From: Spirulina sp.
GTDB lineage: Bacteria; Cyanobacteriota; Cyanobacteriia; Phormidesmidales; Phormidesmidaceae
NCBI GenBank assembly: GCA_044070495.1
Contig: JBIPSI010000001.1
Span: 1-64,000 of the forward strand
Length of the DNA: 64,000 nucleotides
Direction: 5' to 3'
Part shown: in pieces, positions 60,016-64,000 of the stretch
How positions within the stretch are numbered: position 1 is the first letter of the stretch
Layout of the letters: each line of letters starts with the position of its first letter
The notes under the pieces: model-generated
Seen by the model: only the letters and a program-made list of their open reading frames with translations
Database searches by the model: none
What the model was told of the DNA's origin: nothing
Made by a program: the position numbers and the translations under genes

Positions 60016-60092
60016 GGGGTTGCTCAGGCTATGATACCCCCAGGGTTTTCGAGCCTTGGCCCATTCCTATCCTCTGAACGCTGAGCTTACCG

Positions 60093-60320
60093 ATGTTTGA
60101 ATATCTCCGCCCCCGATCCCTGGAGCCAGCCCAGGACGTGATTGAGTATCTGGCGCTGCACCAGGCGGCCCAAGACTTTCGGCTGGAGGTAGAGTATCGG
60201 GAACAGCGGGACGCCTACTGCCAGTGGTACGACCAGACCGCCGCCGAAAATCGCGCCACCTTAGCACGGATGCAGCGGGAAACGAATCTTCTGGCTTGGT
60301 TTAGTGGGTGGTCGGCCTAG
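60093..60320 (+). CDS. Small conserved hypothetical protein
   Basis: FRLEVEYR...YCQWY...ENR...M..ETNLLAWF. Confidence 0.65.
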   Translation: MFEYLRPRSLEPAQDVIEYLALHQAAQDFRLEVEYREQRDAYCQWYDQTAAENRATLARMQRETNLLAWFSGWSA

Positions 60321-60384
60321 GGGTTGTTCCAGAGACAGTCCAAAGAGTTGTGCCCAAGAGTGTTGTGCCCAAGAGTTGTGCTAC

Positions 60385-60621
60385 CTAAATCATCTCCAGT
60401 TCATCGGCCTTGAGGTGGGCGCGAAAGGGTCGCTTGGCCCCCTCTACGGCAAACTCAACCTGAACCGGAAAGTTAGGACTGATGGGCCGACCTTGGTAGT
60501 CGCTGAGCACTCCGACAACGGTACCTTCTAGCCCTTTTGCATCAAAGGCTTCATTCCGGTGCAGCGGGTGGTGGTAAAAAATAACCGATGCTTTGATGCG
60601 AACTCGATTGCCAATATCCAT
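60385..60621 (-). CDS. ftrV: Ferredoxin-thioredoxin reductase variable chain
   Basis: GNRVRIK..V.FYHHP.HR...GLEG...GRPISPNFP...F.AHL..DELE. Confidence 0.92.
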   Translation of the reverse strand: MDIGNRVRIKASVIFYHHPLHRNEAFDAKGLEGTVVGVLSDYQGRPISPNFPVQVEFAVEGAKRPFRAHLKADELEMI

Positions 60622-60881
60622 AAACACACACTCGCCTTTCTGGATCCCCACTCACGCCTGAAACCAGCGGGGGCCATCATCTACACAGCCTTACCATCTT
60701 TACACAGGATGGGCCTTGGCCTGCACCCTATTCATCTAGGCTCCCCTTTTCCTGAGATTCAGGTAACCAAGTGCAAAGGCTAACGAAGAACTCTGTGGAT
60801 TTCTATCGTTTTCGTTATAGCCTCAATTCCGCAGGGCTGGCTATGGCGTAATGGGAGATGAAGCGTTAGGCAATTATACTC

Positions 60882-61109
60882 ATGGCTGACCCCTCAGATC
60901 GAACCTTCATGGCCTCCCTTCAGCAATTGGTTGTGTCCCTGCTGGCCCAACATGCCTACAGCATCTGCGACCTAGCCCAGGAATGCGCTCAGCAACTCCA
61001 TGCGCCCATGTGCGAAATTATGACGCCCCTTGCCGATAGTCTATGCGAAATGATGGACGGGGGCCGAGTCCACTACGACCGCCAGCAGCACCTTGTCATC
61101 CTAGGTTAG
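60882..61109 (+). CDS. Small hypothetical protein with four Cys
   Basis: 75-aa ORF filling the gap, divergent from ftrV. Confidence 0.5.
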   Translation: MADPSDRTFMASLQQLVVSLLAQHAYSICDLAQECAQQLHAPMCEIMTPLADSLCEMMDGGRVHYDRQQHLVILG

Positions 61110-61140
61110 ATATCTAAGGATTGGCCCTAGCCCTGTGGTT

Positions 61141-61566
61141 TTAGGGTTCCAGCAGGTCTGCGATTTGTCGCGCCATGGCCGCTATCTCAGGATCTTGCTG
61201 GGCGGCTAGGGCGCTTCTCTCTTGAAAGGCGTGGCCGATTTCGGTAGCTTGCAAAAGGTGGCGCGCCTCTGCCATCAGTTCCTCGGCCCGAACGAGGGGC
61301 TGGGGTTGTTTGGCCATCAGCACTTCGTCGATTTGCACAATAAATTGAGAAATCGGACGCAGCCAGCTAAATTGCTCGTGGTTGAGCACCAAGCGCAGAT
61401 ACTCGCCTCGGTGGGGAATGGGGCCATAGGTGGCTTCATAGATATCTTTTTCGGCATCCATCAGGTGTTTGTGAGCTTTGAGCAACAGAGGCCGCAGTTC
61501 GCGCAGTTGGGCAAAGGCGGGATCGGAGGCGGGATTTCCAACAGTCATACCGTAACGCTGTAGCAT
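61141..61566 (-). CDS. Hypothetical helical protein
   Basis: LL..HK.L.DAE...YE...G.I...LVLNH.QFSWLRPIS..IV.IDE. Confidence 0.65.
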   Translation of the reverse strand: MLQRYGMTVGNPASDPAFAQLRELRPLLLKAHKHLMDAEKDIYEATYGPIPHRGEYLRLVLNHEQFSWLRPISQFIVQIDEVLMAKQPQPLVRAEELMAEARHLLQATEIGHAFQERSALAAQQDPEIAAMARQIADLLEP

Positions 61567-61686
61567 AGACACTGCCCTCACCTTTCCACGAAAAGTTGGT
61601 GATTTCAAGGGGTTGTGCGGGGATTGACCCTGCTTGGGCAAGGTTGGGTTTAATGCAACAATGACCCTACGTGTTTAACGGCCACT

Positions 61687-62394
61687 ATGACCTTTACTAC
61701 CGTTCATCCTGGTCAACTGTCGATTATTGCCAGCGACTCTGAGGCTCGACCCATGAGCTTTTTGCAAGGGGGAGAGCGTTTAGGCTACGAGCCAGCGGTG
61801 GCGCGGGCAGTTTGCCAACGGCTGGGCCTAGAGCCGGTGTGGTTTAACTATCCCATCGATCAGTTCTACCCGGTGTTGAGCGAGGGGCAGCACGATGTGG
61901 TTTGGTTTAACCAAGCCATCACCCAAGAACGCCGCGCCTGGGCCGACTTCACCCGCCCCTACGGTCGCTTCGATGAGGCTATTCTGGTCTTGGAGGAAAG
62001 CCCCATTGAGGGATCGCAGCATCTGGCAGGCAAGCGCCTCGGCACCCTAGAAACGCGGCCCCACATCCTGCTCCAGGACGATTGGCCGGAGGTGGAATGG
62101 GTCACCTTCCCCGACCGAGATGCCGCGTTTACCACCATGATCAGCGCCCTCAAGGCGGGTCAGATTGATGCGGTTTTGGAGGATGCGGTGCTGTTGCTCA
62201 CGGTGGAAGCCGATGATCCTAGCCTGCGGGTGGCCTTCCAGCGTTCGGCCCAGCAGCCCTTTGGGGTGGGGGTGTTGCCCGGCAATCGAGAACTGCTCGA
62301 TGCCCTCAACCAAGCCCTCAACCAGATCATCATGGATGGCACCTTGGCCAAACTCTGGGCTCAGTGGATTCCCTATAAAGCGTTTCCTTTTTAG
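61687..62394 (+). CDS. SBP_bac_3-like substrate-binding protein without an evident signal peptide
   Basis: GYEP.VA, AITQERR...DFTRPY, LKAGQIDA, DGTLAKLWAQW. Confidence 0.8.
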   Translation: MTFTTVHPGQLSIIASDSEARPMSFLQGGERLGYEPAVARAVCQRLGLEPVWFNYPIDQFYPVLSEGQHDVVWFNQAITQERRAWADFTRPYGRFDEAILVLEESPIEGSQHLAGKRLGTLETRPHILLQDDWPEVEWVTFPDRDAAFTTMISALKAGQIDAVLEDAVLLLTVEADDPSLRVAFQRSAQQPFGVGVLPGNRELLDALNQALNQIIMDGTLAKLWAQWIPYKAFPF

Positions 62395-62519
62395 GCTAAG
62401 TTGAGTCTCAGCCTAGCGAGGATCCACCACGCAGCCAACCCAGCTTTCGGCTATGGTTGGGTTACAGAAAACACCTCAATGGGGCCAACGCACCCACAGA
62501 CGCACACACGGACGCCACG

Positions 62520-62954
62520 ATGATCGCAAGCCAAGGGCCAGGGGAAGGCACCCATAAAATTACCTGTCAAGTCTTTGTCTACGGCACCCTCCAGCCGGGG
62601 GAAACGGGTTTCCGCCGTTTCTGCGAGCCCTACACGATTGATCAGCGGTCGGCCCAGGTTCCCGGTCGTCTCTACCATCTGCCCCTAGGCTATCCGGCCC
62701 TCACCCTAGAAGAGGGCTGGGTGAAAGGGATTTTGCTCACCCTCTCCACCACCGCCGCCCTGGCCAAGCTAGATGAATTTGAGGCCTTTTACCCCGACCA
62801 CCCCCAAGACAGCGAATACCAGCGCCTTTGGCACCGGGTCTACGATAAAAATCAGGCCCTACTCACCTACGCCTGGGTCTACGCCATGACCCGAGACCAA
62901 GTCGAATCCTTAGGGGGGGAATGGCTCCCCGATGGCGTCTGGACCAGTCAATGA
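62520..62954 (+). CDS. Gamma-glutamylcyclotransferase (AIG2-like)
   Basis: VFVYGTL, GYPAL, LDEFE...YQR, AWVY. Confidence 0.9.
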   Translation: MIASQGPGEGTHKITCQVFVYGTLQPGETGFRRFCEPYTIDQRSAQVPGRLYHLPLGYPALTLEEGWVKGILLTLSTTAALAKLDEFEAFYPDHPQDSEYQRLWHRVYDKNQALLTYAWVYAMTRDQVESLGGEWLPDGVWTSQ

Positions 62955-62986
62955 TCCGCCCTTTACCCTGATCTTCACCATCCCCC

Positions 62987-63286
62987 GTGTCCCAGATTTA
63001 CTACCTCCTCCGTTCCCGCGCCGATGGTCGCTACCTGGCGGCCCGCCCCCGCAGCACCGATGCCGCCCAATCCGCTGGGTTTCTGCTGGTCTTCAAGGCC
63101 GACTATGATGCCCTCAGCTATCTCAATGCCCATGCCCCCGACCTCAGCGATCAGTTTACGGTGGAAGCCGTCACCCCCTCCAACCTTAAGCCCTTGCTCA
63201 CCCGCTGGAATTTTCAGGGGTTGGGCATGGTCGAAGATCCGCGTTTACCCAATGTTGAGTTTTTTAACCGCGCCCCAGAGGTTTAG
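62987..63286 (+). CDS. Conserved hypothetical protein
   Basis: YYLLRSRADGRYL...LLVF...DALSYLN.H...RW.F.G.G.VEDP. Confidence 0.65.
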   Translation: MSQIYYLLRSRADGRYLAARPRSTDAAQSAGFLLVFKADYDALSYLNAHAPDLSDQFTVEAVTPSNLKPLLTRWNFQGLGMVEDPRLPNVEFFNRAPEV

Positions 63287-63393
63287 GCCATCTAGGGCGT
63301 TGCGAGATAGGAGGATACTTTCCCTCAACCCAAGAATGCGGTACCTTGTTCAATCTTCAAGGTTACGGAAATTCAAGGTCGTGAAATTCAGGG

Positions 63394-64000
63394 TCACCCA
63401 TCCCATTTCACCTTAAATAGGCGAAATAGTTCGTAGTCGCGGTGGGAAACCACCCGTGCGCCAACGGATTTCACCAGGGCAGGCCACTGGTCGAGGGGAT
63501 CGAGCTGCACCTCGGCCCCCAGGTAAGTTTCTAAAATGGCCCAGCTTTCGGCCAGGGGTGCTTCGGGGTTGAGGGCATCGAACAGAAAGTGCCCTCCCGG
63601 TTTGAGAACTTTTTTCACCTGTTGCAGCACCGTTTCCCAATAGTCGGCGGGGTAGTAGCAGCTTACCCCGGTGGCGATGACTAGGTCGAAAAACTGGGGT
63701 TCGTAGTTGTCTTGTAAACGGTGGGCAGGGGCTTGCTTCATGCCCTTGAACAGCTTGGAATTAAGCTGTGGCCCCCTAGCGGTGACGGCCTTGCAGGCAA
63801 ACTCGCTGATGTCTTGGCCGTGGAAGAGGGCATCCCAGTCGCGCCAGGGGTAGACCAAAAAGCTAATGCCGCAGCCCAGGTCGAGGCAGTGATCCTTTTT
63901 GTGGGGTTTTATCGACTCCCAAAAGGGCGTGGCAATGCGCGGCGTTAACCGTCCGGCCACCCAGTCTTTGAACAGGGGCATTTCTTCAATTTCCTGGGGC
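63394..64000 (-). CDS. Class I SAM-dependent methyltransferase (5' end beyond the window)
   Basis: LDLGCG, DIS, VLKPGG; frame stays open to the window edge. Confidence 0.85.
   Translation of the reverse strand, partial: PQEIEEMPLFKDWVAGRLTPRIATPFWESIKPHKKDHCLDLGCGISFLVYPWRDWDALFHGQDISEFACKAVTARGPQLNSKLFKGMKQAPAHRLQDNYEPQFFDLVIATGVSCYYPADYWETVLQQVKKVLKPGGHFLFDALNPEAPLAESWAILETYLGAEVQLDPLDQWPALVKSVGARVVSHRDYELFRLFKVKWDG

Overview
64-kb chromosomal window from a GC-rich (about 55-60% by eye) filamentous-type cyanobacterium (Nodosilinea/Leptolyngbya-like, inferred from gene content). The first 2.8 kb is a decayed accessory patch: an IS5 end interrupting a HEPN-motif gene, a DUF433/DUF5615 toxin-antitoxin pair, truncated antitoxin-like and HNH remnants, and an IS1 remnant. 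Most of the rest is housekeeping: scpB, rpmI-rplT, ycf37, asnS, ilvE, ctaCDE, tRNA-Arg(CCT), fni, pyrR, rbp, rluA-like, ubiA/plqA, ftrV. Best leads: (1) a two-component operon and an unannotated 57-aa secreted EF-hand microprotein that share the same TTnTATC-N6-TCAGG-N6-TCAGG-N9-(-10) promoter architecture; (2) a co-oriented ~13.6-kb accessory cluster (27.3-41.0 kb) with an HdhA-like 7-alpha-HSDH, a second SDR, an outer-membrane barrel, an archaeal-like PRK, a Ser-hydrolase/NC-motif protein and a hydrolase-SBP fusion, next to a pseudo-receiver/PAS regulator; (3) apparent total absence of CGATCG (HIP1 core) and GGCGCC; (4) nested MITE/REP/IS1 structures whose complementary halves bracket an 8.7-kb housekeeping block. 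No CRISPR array, rRNA or integrase was seen. All family calls are by-eye recognition, not database searches.
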